Assembly: GCA_951406725.2 (NCBI GenBank)
Contig: OX597828.1
Span: 5,704,001-5,768,000, forward strand
Origin: Octopus vulgaris
Taxonomy: Eukaryota
Reading direction: 5' to 3'
DNA: 64,000 nt
The position numbers and the translations under genes are program-made. The notes beneath the pieces were generated by a model. It saw only the letters and a list, made by a program, of their open reading frames with translations, made no database searches and was not told the origin of the DNA. Numbering within the stretch: the stretch's first letter is position 1; each line of letters starts with the position of its first letter. Positions 42,522 through 55,565 of the stretch are shown here, in pieces.

Positions 42522-42616
42522 TAGTGATGGTGACGTTATGCCTCCATTCAACTTCCCACACGGCTTCAAAATTAACATGAAGGCTTACATCAAGTGCCTG
42601 GATGAGGTAATGCTAC
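42522..42616 (+). mobile_element. maT-like transposase internal fragment, opposite orientation to 41803-42258
   Basis: SDGDVMPPFNFPHGFKINMKAYIKCLDEVML. Confidence 0.75.
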
Positions 42617-43279
42617 TTCAAATTTCACTGTTAAAACGACTTATTTCATGTCCCTCGAATATGCTACAAATCAAAAGATTATTATAACCTAGTTCTGTAT
42701 TTAAATATTACGATCACCAATAATTTGATATTTCGGATGCTTTGGTGTGATGTTTCTGGTGTTTTTTCCCATGTTTTCGTGTTCAAAGTGAATGATATAC
42801 AAAAATACAACACTCGAAGGTTTTAAAACAAATTATTCCATTCTTCAACGACAAGTAAAGACTTTTTGTTACGTAAGCAAACTTATTCTTACTTGTGAAC
42901 TTTTATATTTTTGTGATACGTATTTTGTATTTTGTCTCCATCCCTCGGTCACTGGCTTTAGTACAAGATACCTAGAACTAAGCTACAATTCTTGTTCTTG
43001 TAAGCACAATTTATTTTTATCATCGATATTTCTCATGTTGCAGATGTATTTTCCATTGGTTGATTATTCACGAGGTGTCAGAATACTTTTCAAAGAATAA
43101 TTAGTTAGATACGCATATCACTTATTCATTCATCAGCAGTTCCGAATGGCTGCTTTACCCAAGTCTGGCTATAACATGACAGAACATACGTTTTGTAATT
43201 ACTACCGATACATAACTTTTGGTCTTTCCGTCCCTTCACACACACCTCCCATCCCCACACACATGTACATACATACATA

Positions 43280-43330
<51 letters not shown>

Positions 43331-43339
43331 GTGCATTCA

Positions 43340-43370
<31 letters not shown>

Positions 43371-43390
43371 ACATATATATATGCGTGATC

Positions 43391-43452
<62 letters not shown>

Positions 43453-44339
43453 TTATTATATGTGTGTGTATGTATTCATACATGCACACACATATATTTC
43501 TATGTGTTCATGTGCCATTATTTCTGCGCGTGCGTCTGTGTGTGTATCAGTTTGCATATTTCGTATTGTGATTTTTCTCCGGATGTACATCATAAAAGTT
43601 TATACTATTCACTAGACTAGATAAATCATTCATGCACTGTAGAGCAGAGATTTTGTTCTCTGCATGTTGGGCAGATGTTTTGTAGGCACAGAACAAAAGC
43701 TTTTTGTTGGTCATGAATTAATTATCATAATGTTTCTCTTGTGCTATCATACACAATAATATATGTTCTCATCATTATTACTACAGTAAGTTGTCTTGCT
43801 CGTTTTTACAGATTCTGATAATTATTTTTTCAGGAAATTTTAAAGCGACGCAATTATTACACAGCTGAATAGATTGTATAATGCTCTTCTAATTTCGTTC
43901 ATTGGATAATATGAACTGCATCCGTCCTTTAACACATTGAGATAAACAACAGGATTGGGTTTCGGACAAAATGAAGGGTGCCTACATTTTGTAGTCTCAC
44001 TTGCGTTGCTTCTCGTCTTGCAAGCAACTAGCTCTAACGATGTAGCATACAGTGCTAGCATTGAAATACAAATAACAGTAACACTGTAGCAGTGATAAAT
44101 GCTTCGAACGTAACGTTTTATGAATGGTATAAATATGATACACATATTTAGCTGCTTCACCATGTGTTTCACTGATTAGTTAATATATATTCATTAATAT
44201 AGAAAAACTTCTTGCTGCAAATGCAGTGTGATCACCATTGTTCTTCTATTGCTGATTTTTCATCACCGAATTGCAGTTTGTGTAACAAAATATTGAGATT
44301 ATTATCGAAATTATACCAACTGAAATTCTCTTTTACACT

Positions 44340-44515
44340 GTTACTCCTTTATTTGCTTCAGTCATCTGGCTGTGGCCATGCTGGAGGACCGCTTTAGTCG
44401 AGCAAATCGACCCCAGGACTTATTCTTTGTAAGCCTAGTACTTATTCTACTAGACGTAAACACACCAGCATCGGTTGTCAAGCGATATTGGGGAGGGGCA
44501 AACAGAGACACACAA

Positions 44516-44584
<69 letters not shown>

Positions 44585-44732
44585 CACGACGGGCTTTCAG
44601 TTTGCGTCTACCAAATCCACTCACAAGGATTTGGTCAGCCCGAGGCCATAGTAGAAGACACTTGCCCAAGGTGCCACGCAATGGAACTGAACCCGGAACA
44701 ATTAGGTTCGTGAGCAAGCACCCCTACACCTA
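44340..44732 (-). mobile_element. CORE-type tRNA SINE
   Basis: Reverse complement of the family, including the internal (CA)n(TA)n tract. Confidence 0.88.
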
Positions 44733-45829
44733 TAGCAACAGCTAACAAAAGAACATTTAGTCATCCGTTTATCTCTGAAACTAAATAACTACTAAATGGG
44801 GCAGACTCATTTCCCTAACATTATAAGTTACAGTATTCAGAGAGAAGGAAGGACAAATAAAATATGTATCGATGAATCAATGATTGAATAAATAAATAAA
44901 TGAAAAGGAATATCAGTAATTTATGCAAATCCAAAAAGAATAACGTGAAGGATGCATCCCTTCCTTTCATAATAGTAGCGTTACACCAAAGTTGAATTCG
45001 GACTGAATAACTATAGCAGCCATTTATATTTTCCCTGCCAGATAGAAATAGCACCGTTTTCATTGAACTCATCTTGTTATCTTAAATATACAAAGTATTT
45101 CTACATTCAGAACGTAACCCGTATCTTGTCTAGAATAGAGTTATATCCTAACGCCTCTAATATCGTATTCCGATGATATTGTCGACGATAGATATAGGAT
45201 ACACTGTAACTGTATTACAACAGTACAATATTGAAACCACGATAGTAAAAGCCACGTAACGGACCAACAATCCCTTTACGATCCAACAATCACTATTTCC
45301 AACACGATCTGTAAAGTTTACCGGGACTTCGAAGACCAATCTACGAACCGCAAATATTTATATGTAGTGGTCTTGTCTATTCTCAGCCGAGCGTGTCTTA
45401 CTCTCGCCACAGCAAGGAGCAGTAAATCCCAAATGAATCAGAACTGCAATCCATCTGAACCCTGCCAGAATGGTCATTGGGCAACAGTTGAAACTTTGCG
45501 TGTCAGATGGACGCAATTTTTCAGGCAAATGACAATCTCATGTTGTGCTTGCAATATTTTTGTATATGTAGGTATGGAAAAAGAAGCAGCTGCACGTTAA
45601 AAAAAACACACAGACACACATATACACGTATCAATATATGTGCGTGTGATAGTGAGAATATGTGCATACATGTATATATGTATATATGTATGTGTGTATA
45701 TTTGTGTGTGTGATTCTGTGTGTATGTTTGTGTGTGTGTGTGTCTGTGTGTGTGTGCGTATACATAGTGAGCCAGAGAAGACGGACGTTTTTGAATAATT
45801 CACAAAATCATAAGTCTCTGATGCAAACA

Positions 45830-46425
45830 ACGATTAATGACATCAGTGTGTCAGTATTCAATTACCATTTATCAAAATCATCTGTGGGAAACAACATCCA
45901 TAAAATGATGTCCATTTTTATTGATGCATTTCTGAAGGTGTTCTTAAAATTTGGCATCCACTCTCACTAGCATTGTTCTGTCTTTGTGGGCGACTTTTAT
46001 GCGAATAGCTTCCTTCAACTTGTCCAATTTACGGGGCCTATGCGCATACACACGTGCCTGATGTTTCCCCACAAGATATAACATACAAAATGAGGCAGGC
46101 ATCCAATGCTCCGGGTAAAGTTAACCGAGGGTGTTGTAGCCACATGCACGGACATATCTGGCTGTTTGCATGGGCAATAGTCAGTGATAAACTACCTCAA
46201 TTACGAGTGGACAACAATCCTGTGTATATATATGGTGGCTGCTCCCTCGTTATCGGGTATGGCCATTGCACGAAGCATAATCAATGTTGTTATCGTGCAA
46301 TGCCTGTGCAAGAAGATATTTTTTAAAGTGAGGAAAGGCTGTGCACTGAGTCAATCCCACTCACTAAGCAGCAGCAGCCATAATCCGAAAAGAAGAACAA
46401 GTCAACATCATCGGTAACCACTGAG
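45830..46425 (-). mobile_element. Tc1/mariner-superfamily relic (DD41D/rosa-like C-terminus)
   Basis: LWG...ARVYAHRPRKLDKLKEAIRIKVAHKDRTMLVRVDAKF*EHLQKCI...GHHFMDVV. Confidence 0.7.
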
Positions 46426-46429
46426 CCAC

Positions 46430-46761
46430 AGGATTTATGTCGGAGTTATCTCAGTTTCCTGAGTTACCTTCTCCTAGAAGGATGCCCTAACAAAGGCTAG
46501 GAGTCCTTCACTCCCAATGGTTTAACCGCGCGATCGGGTATTCAGTCCGATTATTTCTATGTCCCCGGGCATGATACAGCCTTAAGACATTTATTGGATG
46601 GCCGCTGACACTCAAGAGTTCCTCCGCCCTTTGACGGGTTTTGTTTTTCATCCCGCAGGTTGTCCAATAAACACCCTCCTCACCAAGCAAGCTTGGTGGG
46701 GTTGCCGGTCTAGTCGCCGACGACCCGACCATGCAACAGGTTGTACTGGGTTACCAGTAGC
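46430..46761 (-). mobile_element. Isolated RTE-like LINE 5' UTR (GC-rich, structured)
   Basis: Minus-strand ctcctagcctttgttagggcatccttctaggagaaggtaactc resembles the motif I recognise from RTE 5' UTRs (ccttggttaggcaacc..ctaggagaaggaaaactc). Confidence 0.55.
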
Positions 46762-46805
46762 AATATATATATTTATATATATATACAGAGTGAGAAAGAG
46801 AGAGA

Positions 46806-46907
46806 GAGGTAGCTGGGTGGTGAGAAGCTTGCTTCTCAACCACATTAGCTTCGGGCCCACCAAAGTCTCGTGAGTGGATTTGGTAGACGGAAACTGAAAG
46901 TAGCCCG

Positions 46908-46939
<32 letters not shown>

Positions 46940-47004
46940 TCAAACACACAGAGAAACATGTATGTATATATATATATATATATATACATACATACATACA
47001 TACA

Positions 47005-47039
<35 letters not shown>

Positions 47040-47226
47040 TTCTGTGGTTGTGTGTTTGCTTGAAACTGAAGTTGGTGTGTTTACGCCCCCGTAACTTAGC
47101 GGTTTGGTAAAAGTGACCGCTGGTATAAGTGCTAGTCTTTCAACGAATAAGTTCTGGGGCGATATCTTCGACTGAAAGGCGGCACTACAACATGGCCGCA
47201 GTCAAAGTAGTGAAACAAATAAAAGA
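46806..47226 (+). mobile_element. CORE-type tRNA SINE with deletion in the head
   Basis: gtgagtggatttggtagacggaaactgaaa and the family tail. Confidence 0.85.
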
Positions 47227-48414
47227 ATATACATATACATAAGCCGTCGAATACTCGTATATTTGCATACAAATATATACATTACGTAATTCCAATTACA
47301 AACGAAAACGGTTCTTTCTTGCAAAACATTTTGCAGAAGGATCAAAGGAATTAAAGAAACTGGGACTTGGGCTTAAGAAAGGGAACCAAGTGGACATTTG
47401 CAGGTTTAAAACTATGATTGTAAAATGTGTTATATAATTACTATACTGTTTGTTTTCTAGTGTTAACAACGTTACACTGACACGGCATATATGTATGTAT
47501 ACATATATGCGTGTTTATGTATGCATATTTATGTGTGTGTTTGTGTGTGTGTGTGTGTGTGTGTATGCGTGCGTGCGTGTTTCTCTGTGTATGTGTGTGT
47601 GTGTGTGTGCATATGCATGTGTATGTATGTGTGTGTGTGTATATATATATATATATAAACATATATGTATGTGCGTATTCAGATACCAATGTACATCTAT
47701 GTTATGTATATATGTGTTTTTGTCTGTGAGTCTGTGTCTGTGTTTGTGTTTGTGTTTGCAAGCATGTATGTATACGGACATCCAAGTGACAACACGATCA
47801 TATGAAGTATTAAATTCTAAAGTTTCATCGTGTAGTAATTTCATACATTTTTAGTGCAAACACATCTAGGATCCTACGCATCGTTTAGTTTGCTGAAAGA
47901 CCACCTGTAGGCTAAGATCGTTTCAAAGGTTTGTATTATATGCGCTAATGCATATCTAAAACTATATATAGTTTCTACATGTGTTAAACATTTAATAACT
48001 GTTTGGGTTGGAAAAATGCTACTTTTTTTTTATATATATACAGAGTAGATTGATTTATGTATATAAATTTGTAGTCAGTTCGGTCATTGAGAAGAAGGTG
48101 AAATGTCTATTATCTCATGTATCTATGCATGTATATGTGCGTATATGAGACAGTGCCTGGGTTGCTTGCCTTTGGCTATGAATGTGTGTATGTGTATGTA
48201 TGTGTGTGTGCGTGTGTGTGTAGTGTGTATGTGTGTATGTGTGCCTTTCTAAGGAGGCTATAATACGAAAAAATATCCGGATACTGAGCTAAGGGCATTT
48301 CACAAATTCAGCTAATTATCGTAAATTAATTTATGAAAAGAGATATACAAAGATACATACATACATACACAAGTATATATATATATATGTGTGTGAGTTT
48401 TTATAAGTATGCAT

Positions 48415-48470
<56 letters not shown>

Positions 48471-48494
48471 GGGTCGTGGGGTATCTATGTATGT

Positions 48495-48804
48495 ATAGCT
48501 GAAGCATTAGATTTAATCAAAGACCATACTTAGTATGTCTACCTGCTGGAAAGAACAGCCAAAACTCTTATTTAACTCTTATCGTTGTGAAATCAATTTG
48601 CTTCGTATTGAAATATATATATATACATATATATATATATCAATACCAAGCAAATTGATTTCACGTATATATATACATGTATATATTTCAATACCAAGCA
48701 AATTGATTTCACAACGATAAGAGTTAAATAAGAGTTTTGGCTGTTCTTTCCAGCAGGTAGACATACTAAGTATGGTCTTTGATTAAATATAATGCTGCAG
48801 CTAT
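48495..48804. repeat. Long fold-back, ~125-bp arms
   Basis: atagctgaagcatta...ttaatcaaagaccatacttagtatgtctacctgctggaaagaacagcc... and its reverse complement; gives the same ORF start on both strands. Confidence 0.95.
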
Positions 48805-48882
48805 TTGAGTGTATGTATATATATATATATATATATATAGCAATAATAATTCTCTAAATGAGATATAGACAGTAACTGCTCC

Positions 48883-49106
48883 ATAACATAAGGGACTAAA
48901 GCCATCTGAATATGGCTAGGGACAGGGCAGGGTGGTGGGGGTGTTACTGTTGCATTTAGCCCCAGGCGAACATCAACGTCACCAGGTGATGGTGTCAAGC
49001 CTATCTGGCGACGTTGATGTTCGCCTGGGGCTAAATGCAACAGTAACACCCCCACCACCCTGCCCTGTCCCTAGCCATATTCAGATGGCTTTAGTCCCTT
49101 ATGTTA

Positions 49107-49107
<1 letters not shown>
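48883..49107. repeat. Long fold-back, ~103-bp arms and 19-bp spacer
   Basis: ataacataagggactaaagccatctgaatatggctagggacagggcagggtggtggggg...cgtcaccag / ctggcgacg...cttatgttat. Confidence 0.97.
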
Positions 49108-49141
<34 letters not shown>

Positions 49142-49626
49142 ACACTCAAAAGAAAGGGACGATGTATTTTTCTCATTACTGATTTTTAAAATCCAGATAT
49201 CAACTAGTGTTATCAATTCATATATTAAGAGAAATTTCTGCAAAATATAGGGATAAACTGACCAGTATTGTCTTAAGAAAATATAAGAAAATGAAGAAGG
49301 GATGTAGGGGATACTTATTTCATTTTATTTGTATCACGATGAATACGTATCAAATACTATAATACAAATATAATTTAAAGTAACAGAATCAATATTAGAA
49401 ATAATCAAAAAGGATGCCTACACATGTTTCAGTCCGGTTACTAGATGAACAATTGCTTCAGTAGCCCCACAGTATGTCCGGAATTCATTAGGGCGAAATT
49501 TCTTTTATATTTAGTGCTAAATAATGAGTACGATGTATCTTACTCCTTATTTACTATCCACTATATTTCTTCTCCATTTTCTTATATTTACTCAACACTA
49601 TATGTATATATATATATATATGTGCG

Positions 49627-49675
<49 letters not shown>

Positions 49676-49678
49676 ATA

Positions 49679-50040
49679 GGCGCAGGCTTGCTGTGTGGTA
49701 AGAAGCTTTTTTCTCAACGACATGTTTCTCAGTTCAGTCCTAGTTCCTGGATTTGGTAGACGGGGATTGAAAGAAGCCCGTCTTGTATATATATGTGTAT
49801 ATATATTTGTGTGTGCATTTGTCTTTGTGTGTGTATTCGTTCCCCCACCATTGCTTGACAACCGATTTTGGTGTGTTTATGACCTCGAAACTTACGATTG
49901 GGCAAAATAGCCCGATAGAATAAGTACTAGGCTTACAAAGAATAGGTCCTGGCATCGATTCGTTCGACTAAAGGCGGTGCTCCATCATGGCCGCAGTCAG
50001 ATGACTGAAAGGTGTAAAGGAGTAAAAGATTAAAAGAGTA
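49679..50040 (+). mobile_element. CORE-type tRNA SINE with internal deletion
   Basis: Family head and tail present. Confidence 0.85.
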
Positions 50041-50460
50041 TAGATGCATACATATACATATATGTATCTATATATGGACATATGCGTATAAATATGTGTA
50101 TATGTGTGTATATATACATTCATGTGATAAGCAATATGAAATCGCATTGAGCAATATCGGAATCGTCATACAATTTGAAATCAAATCCAAATATTATTTT
50201 TATTCCTTAACCACACGAATCTGCCGTTTTATAAACCGGACCAAAATACCAAAAGAAGATTAATGCTATTTGATACAAACGTCATTGAAAATTATATTAC
50301 TTGCAAAGACAGGTCGGAAAGGCTATTCAAAATCTTTCTGTTCTAATTATATCTTCTGGCTCGACAACATCACATTTGAACATTGACAAGTTTTTAATCA
50401 TTATAAGATTCAAAGTAAAATCACATATTGCGGTTCTTTATGTAAGAGATGAGGGATTAT

Positions 50461-50911
50461 GTACATTATTTACATCATTTACATATGACGGATATTTATC
50501 CTTATCTTGTTTGTTAACACAAGGTTTCGGCTGATATACCCTCCAGGCTTCATCAGGTGTCTTGGGGAAATTTCAAACCTAGGTTCTCATTCCTAAGGTA
50601 TTTTCGATGTTGTAATTATTACTATTATAGTTGTTAACCACTACACCATATGCCCACGGTTATATGGTATAGTGGTTAAGAAAGCGGGCTACTAACCCCA
50701 ATATTCCGATTTCGATTCCAAGCAGTGACCTGAAAAACAATAATAATAAAAATAACAACATCGAAAAATACCTTAAGTATGAGAACCCAGGTTCGAAATT
50801 TCCCCAATACACCTCATGAAGGCAGGTGGGTATATCAGCCGAAACATTGTTGTTAACAACTAACAAGATGAGGACAAATATCCGTCTAATGTAAATGATG
50901 TAAATAATGTA
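50461..50911. mobile_element. Head-to-head pair of tRNA-headed SINEs with hammerhead-containing tails (family A)
   Basis: Plus copy: A-box tggtatagtgg, B-box-like tttcgattcc, (AAT)n linker, then tail with hammerhead motif. Inverted copy at 50461-50655 has most of its head deleted. Confidence 0.85.
50517..50560 (-). ncRNA. Minimal hammerhead motif (family A)
   Basis: acac CTGATGA a gcctg gagggtatat cagcc GAAACCTT gtgt. Confidence 0.7.
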
Positions 50912-50924
50912 AATAGTGTAAAAT

Positions 50925-50980
<56 letters not shown>

Positions 50981-51048
50981 CCTGGGTTTGTATGTGCGTA
51001 TGCCAGAATGTATGTACGTGCGTCTGCATAAATATGTGCACTTAAGAA

Positions 51049-51240
51049 AGCGGCGAGCTGACTCGTTAGCACGACAGGAGAAAACAAAAACTTAGCGAAA
51101 TTGCGTCCATCTTTGCAGTGAGTTCAAATTCTGTTGAGGTTAACTTTGCCTTTCATCCCTTCATGGTCGATAAAATAGGTAACAGTTGAAATGCGATCGA
51201 TATACACGCTTCTACGAAAGTGCTATCCTTGTGCCACAAT
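51049..51240 (+). mobile_element. Degenerate Nin-domain SINE
   Basis: gcggcgagctg...gagttcaaattc...gaggttaactttgcctttcatccc. Confidence 0.75.
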
Positions 51241-51448
51241 TATGCAAAACAATGGATGTGTACATGTATATACTTATACTTTGATACAGTGTAAGCGTCC
51301 TATTGAATGTGTGGAAATGTATGTAACTTCACGAGAACAGATTGTTTGTATGTATATATGTATGCCTATATATATGTGTATGTATATTTGAGTATGTGAG
51401 TATGTATGTTTGTATGCATATATGTATATATATGTGTGTATATATATC

Positions 51449-51518
<70 letters not shown>

Positions 51519-51522
<4 letters not shown>

Positions 51523-51721
51523 ACCTCGTGTGTACCGTTGGCGATTTTTTTCCTCTGTCTTCCCTTCTCTGGATCTTTCCTTCTCCTATGTTTCCGACGA
51601 AGAGCTTCGCTCGAAACGTTAAGCCCTCCTTCTTTCCTTCTGTCCTGAGCGTCCAATAATACTATATTTGTTCCACGTCCTCGCGTTGTTGATTTTTTCG
51701 TGCTTTGTTGTTTGGATTAAC
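51519..51721 (+). mobile_element. Family B hammerhead element in (TA)n
   Basis: Reverse complement of 21455-21654. Confidence 0.88.
51590..51624 (+). ncRNA. Minimal hammerhead motif (family B, U4C variant)
   Basis: gttt CCGACGA a gagc ttc gctc GAAACGTT aagc. Confidence 0.65.
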
Positions 51722-51727
51722 TTTATA

Positions 51728-51780
<53 letters not shown>

Positions 51781-51784
<4 letters not shown>

Positions 51785-51921
51785 CGCCGAGGTCGACTTT
51801 GCCTTTCATCCTTTCGGGGTCGATAAATTAAGTACCAGCTGCGCACTGGGGTCTATGTAATCGACTTAATCCGTTTGTCTGTCCTTGTCTTGTCTTGTCC
51901 CCTCTGTGTTTAGCCCCTTGT
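51781..51921 (+). mobile_element. Nin-domain SINE, 3' half
   Basis: attccgccgaggtcgactttgcctttcatcctttcggggtcgataaattaagtaccag. Confidence 0.9.
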
Positions 51922-51931
51922 AGTAAAGTAG

Positions 51932-51987
<56 letters not shown>

Positions 51988-54157
51988 CATATATATGGCT
52001 ATGTATATAGTTCATGATGTTTAAGCACGAATATTACTCTCATTTGTTAGTAATACGTAGCTGAGTTAATATAGTCCATTTCTAGACACATGAATTAAGA
52101 TCCTCGTCGTCTGCATTAACGTGTGAAAAATATTTTTTAGAAATATCAATGCTTTTTGGAGAAAGGCTTTTAGTGTTTGTGCAAGTGATTATATAGGGAT
52201 ATTCTTTCAGCTTTGCTTCCGTATATAGTTAGGTTTTCAACATTGTAATGAATGTACATATACTAGATAAGCAACAGTTTAAATAACGGATTCGTAATGT
52301 AAAATAAATCTGTGAATCTAATAAAATAAAATGAAAATAGTGCAACGTCTCTACTGACGACAAGTTTACATAATGGATTGGAGATATTTACAAATACGAG
52401 AGCAAACAAAAGGAAGCGATGTTACAAGGTCAAAAGTGTTCAGTGATGAAAGTGTCAGCAAAAAATATTGATATATTTCAATGGCTTTGACATTATTTTC
52501 TAGTGGAGAAATAAGAGTTTTATCGTTACTATCTAGGCATTGAGTATTATTACATTCTTTTTTTTATCGTGTTACGTGGACCAAATATTATTAATGCTTT
52601 TAACGTTATTGTCAACTCGCGAAACCAGCAACATTGGCATGTACTTGTCAAAAACCTCTTATCTCAACTGAGTTGCTTATAATTCAAATGGTTCATACGT
52701 ATATGAAAATACATCTGGCTGCGGGTGTGTTAAGAATGTATCTCTATACACATGCATACAGACACAGGCATGCATTTATATATACACGCTCTTATGACAT
52801 TATAATATTAAAGAATGTGTATTTGAATTTTACGATGCAAATTAATCTATTTGTTATATCGATATAACATGATTGGATTCCTAAATATTTATGAATGATA
52901 TATAGTTAGCTAATCATTGTTGTTTGCTTGGAATTTTGAAAATACTAATTGTAATTTTTAAAAGAGAGTTGGTTAAGTGTTACATCGTTTAGATTCCCAT
53001 TAAATCTCTTGTAATTTCTGAGCAAAGTGAAGACACAAACGTATCTATACATATATATGCATTTTATTCTTGTCTTGGAAATTATTCTCCTTGCTTTTAA
53101 AGTATGCCTATCAATACAATAGTTTTAATGTCACTTATATCCACATAACAAATTTCATCGTAAATCAGACACCAACAAATCTCTAAGACGAAACACAAAA
53201 TGACAGACATCAAATTAAATACTTTTGTTAATATATAATGCAACCGTACAATTATTTGCAACAGTTTGTGAAACAATACATTCCCCTAAACGTATATCTA
53301 GAAAATTAAATACACTATCGAATAGTAATTTAGAAATGTTAATTTATGTTTCCTTTTCACATTCAGTTGCAAATTTTTGTCTATGCATTTACAACATGCA
53401 TCACATAGTCTCGCTTTGTTTTAGGTGCAATATTATTCATTTTTTAAAAGCAGTAGATCAATTTACAGAGGTAACACTGTAAAAATTTTTCAACAATATT
53501 ATATACTTGAAAACATTTTAGACATCAATAGAATTGATCGTCTGATTTTCCCTCCTATTTCCACATGAATACGAGAAATTTTTATTGCCTAATTTACTAG
53601 ATACGATTAAGCATACATATTCAGATAAAACACACGTATACAGATAAAACAATTGGGACGGCAAAGGAATAAACAACTACGTTGTGAATTTCATTGGGTT
53701 ACGGCTGTTTCTGCTATTACGTGCAATACACTCATATTTCTTTGCTTGAGTATCAGCCTATGTCATCCTCAGAACTGAAATTTATTTGTTAATAACATTT
53801 GCATTTCTTGTAATGTAAGTTATCAGTCCGAGTATGATTTACGCACGTTCGAACCAGTGGAAATAGCATGCACATAAATAAGAAAAGAATTTGAGAATAT
53901 AAACAAATGAAATGAATGATAACGTTACGTAACTTATTATTCATGTTCGACAGAGTTCATGGTCAGTCAGCGCCACGCAACTCCACTCAGTGTACTTCAA
54001 CTCCATTTTCATAGAAAATACATTGTCATCAGACCTTGTATATCATGAATATATGTATATGAATGAATATGTGTATATAGATATACATACATATATGTGT
54101 ATTTATGTATATGCATGCATACATACATACATACATTCAACATGCATATATATATAT

Positions 54158-54468
54158 CACTGTGATTACTGTGACCGACCAGGCTACCAGATGTTGCTAC
54201 ACATCGCTGGTCACAATGCGCTTCACATTGATATAGCCTACAGATGACGTCACCCCGCTGGCTAAGCGAGGAGACCAACAGAAGAAAGAGTGAGAGAAAT
54301 TTGTGGCGAAAGAGTACAGCAGGCATCGCCACCAACCCCTGAAGGAGCCTCGTGGAGCGTTTAGGCGTTTTCGCTTAATAAATACTCACAACGCCCGGTC
54401 TGAGAATCGAAACCGCGATCCTACAACCGCGTGACCGGTGCCCTAACCACTAGACCATTGCGCCTCCA
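54158..54468 (-). mobile_element. tRNA-derived SINE (distinct family)
   Basis: Minus strand ggaggcgcaatggtctagtggttagggcacc...gcggtttcgattctcagaccgggcg with A and B boxes. Confidence 0.8.
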
Positions 54469-54496
54469 CACACACACACACACATATATATATATG

Positions 54497-54870
54497 GCGG
54501 GCTGGTTACCGATGATGCATCTACCCAATGTTCATGAAGTCTTTGCACTTTTATGCAAGTTCTATTACATAAACGTAGACTGATCGAATGATTTCTTAGT
54601 AGCATTATAACAGCCCCTACTTTTAAGTTGAGCGGAAGAGGAGGCATACCCTATGGGGTCAGTGAGTTTATGAACTCAAATGGATAGTTCTGAACCTCCT
54701 CCTTATTACTGCAGAACACCAAATCTGTGCTTACGTACGTTTATGTACTTCTAGTATAATATTAAGAACTTTTTCATTTATTGCACAACAGAATTTTTAG
54801 CAGAAAAAATTACTCGTTTTTCCATTTCTTCTAGAGTGCAGTTGTTGAAAATTTCTGGGTAGAAATGTAA
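54497..54870 (-). mobile_element. Helitron RepHel PIF1-like helicase fragment
   Basis: EEVQNYPFEFINSLTP*GMPPLPLNLKVGAVIMLLRN.SIS.RLCN.T..KVQRLHEH. Confidence 0.88.
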
Positions 54871-55565
54871 AAAACTGAAATGCAAAAGAACGAAATAATA
54901 AATAAATTTATGAATGAAAATTTGGTAATTGCTTTTATTTCTTCAACGTGACACTTATTGTTGCAAACATGTTTTAACTAACCTATACTATACACACACA
55001 CAAATATATTCACATATATATGTGTCTCGAGTTGTAGATGTAATTCAAAGCGGCCAGCCTTGCCATATTCTGTGTGATGCTGAATCTCACTGAGAACTAC
55101 ATTAATGTTATGCATGTCTGTGGAGTACTCAGCCATTTGTGAGATAATTTTCTCCTCGTGTGGTAATGAAAACTGAAATTGACAGTCAATATTTGATGTG
55201 GCTATGTCCCTAAGAACTTTTCTTTGAATTTATGTCTCTACTGTCTCTCTCACTTTCTCTCTTTCACTTTCACTTCCTTTATGTCCCTCTTCTCTCCCGC
55301 TTTTGTATATGTGTCTATGTATCTACTTCTCTTGCAAGGTGATAAAAATTTAAAAGCACAAAACGAACGCCGTCACCACTCACTGTCTCTTTCACTCCCT
55401 CTCTTTCTCTCTCACTCTCTCCTTCTCTATCTCTTTCTCGCTCTCTCTTTCTCTATCTCTCACTTTCTCTTTTTCTTTCTCTCTGACATCCTCTCTCTCG
55501 CTTTGCCATTTCTTTGAAGTAAGTTTGATGCACACAACAGGTGCGTACGAAAAAAAAAAAGCGGA

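Noticed and set aside
43840-44172. 110-aa Cys-containing ORF
   Set aside because: No recognisable domain and no convincing splice or start context.
48535-49189. Duplicated genes on opposite strands (MSTCWKEQ..., MVGVLLLH...)
   Set aside because: These arise from the palindromes.
50658-50730. Functional tRNA gene
   Set aside because: No paired acceptor stem, degenerate B-box, and it is fused to a repeated tail, so it is a SINE head.
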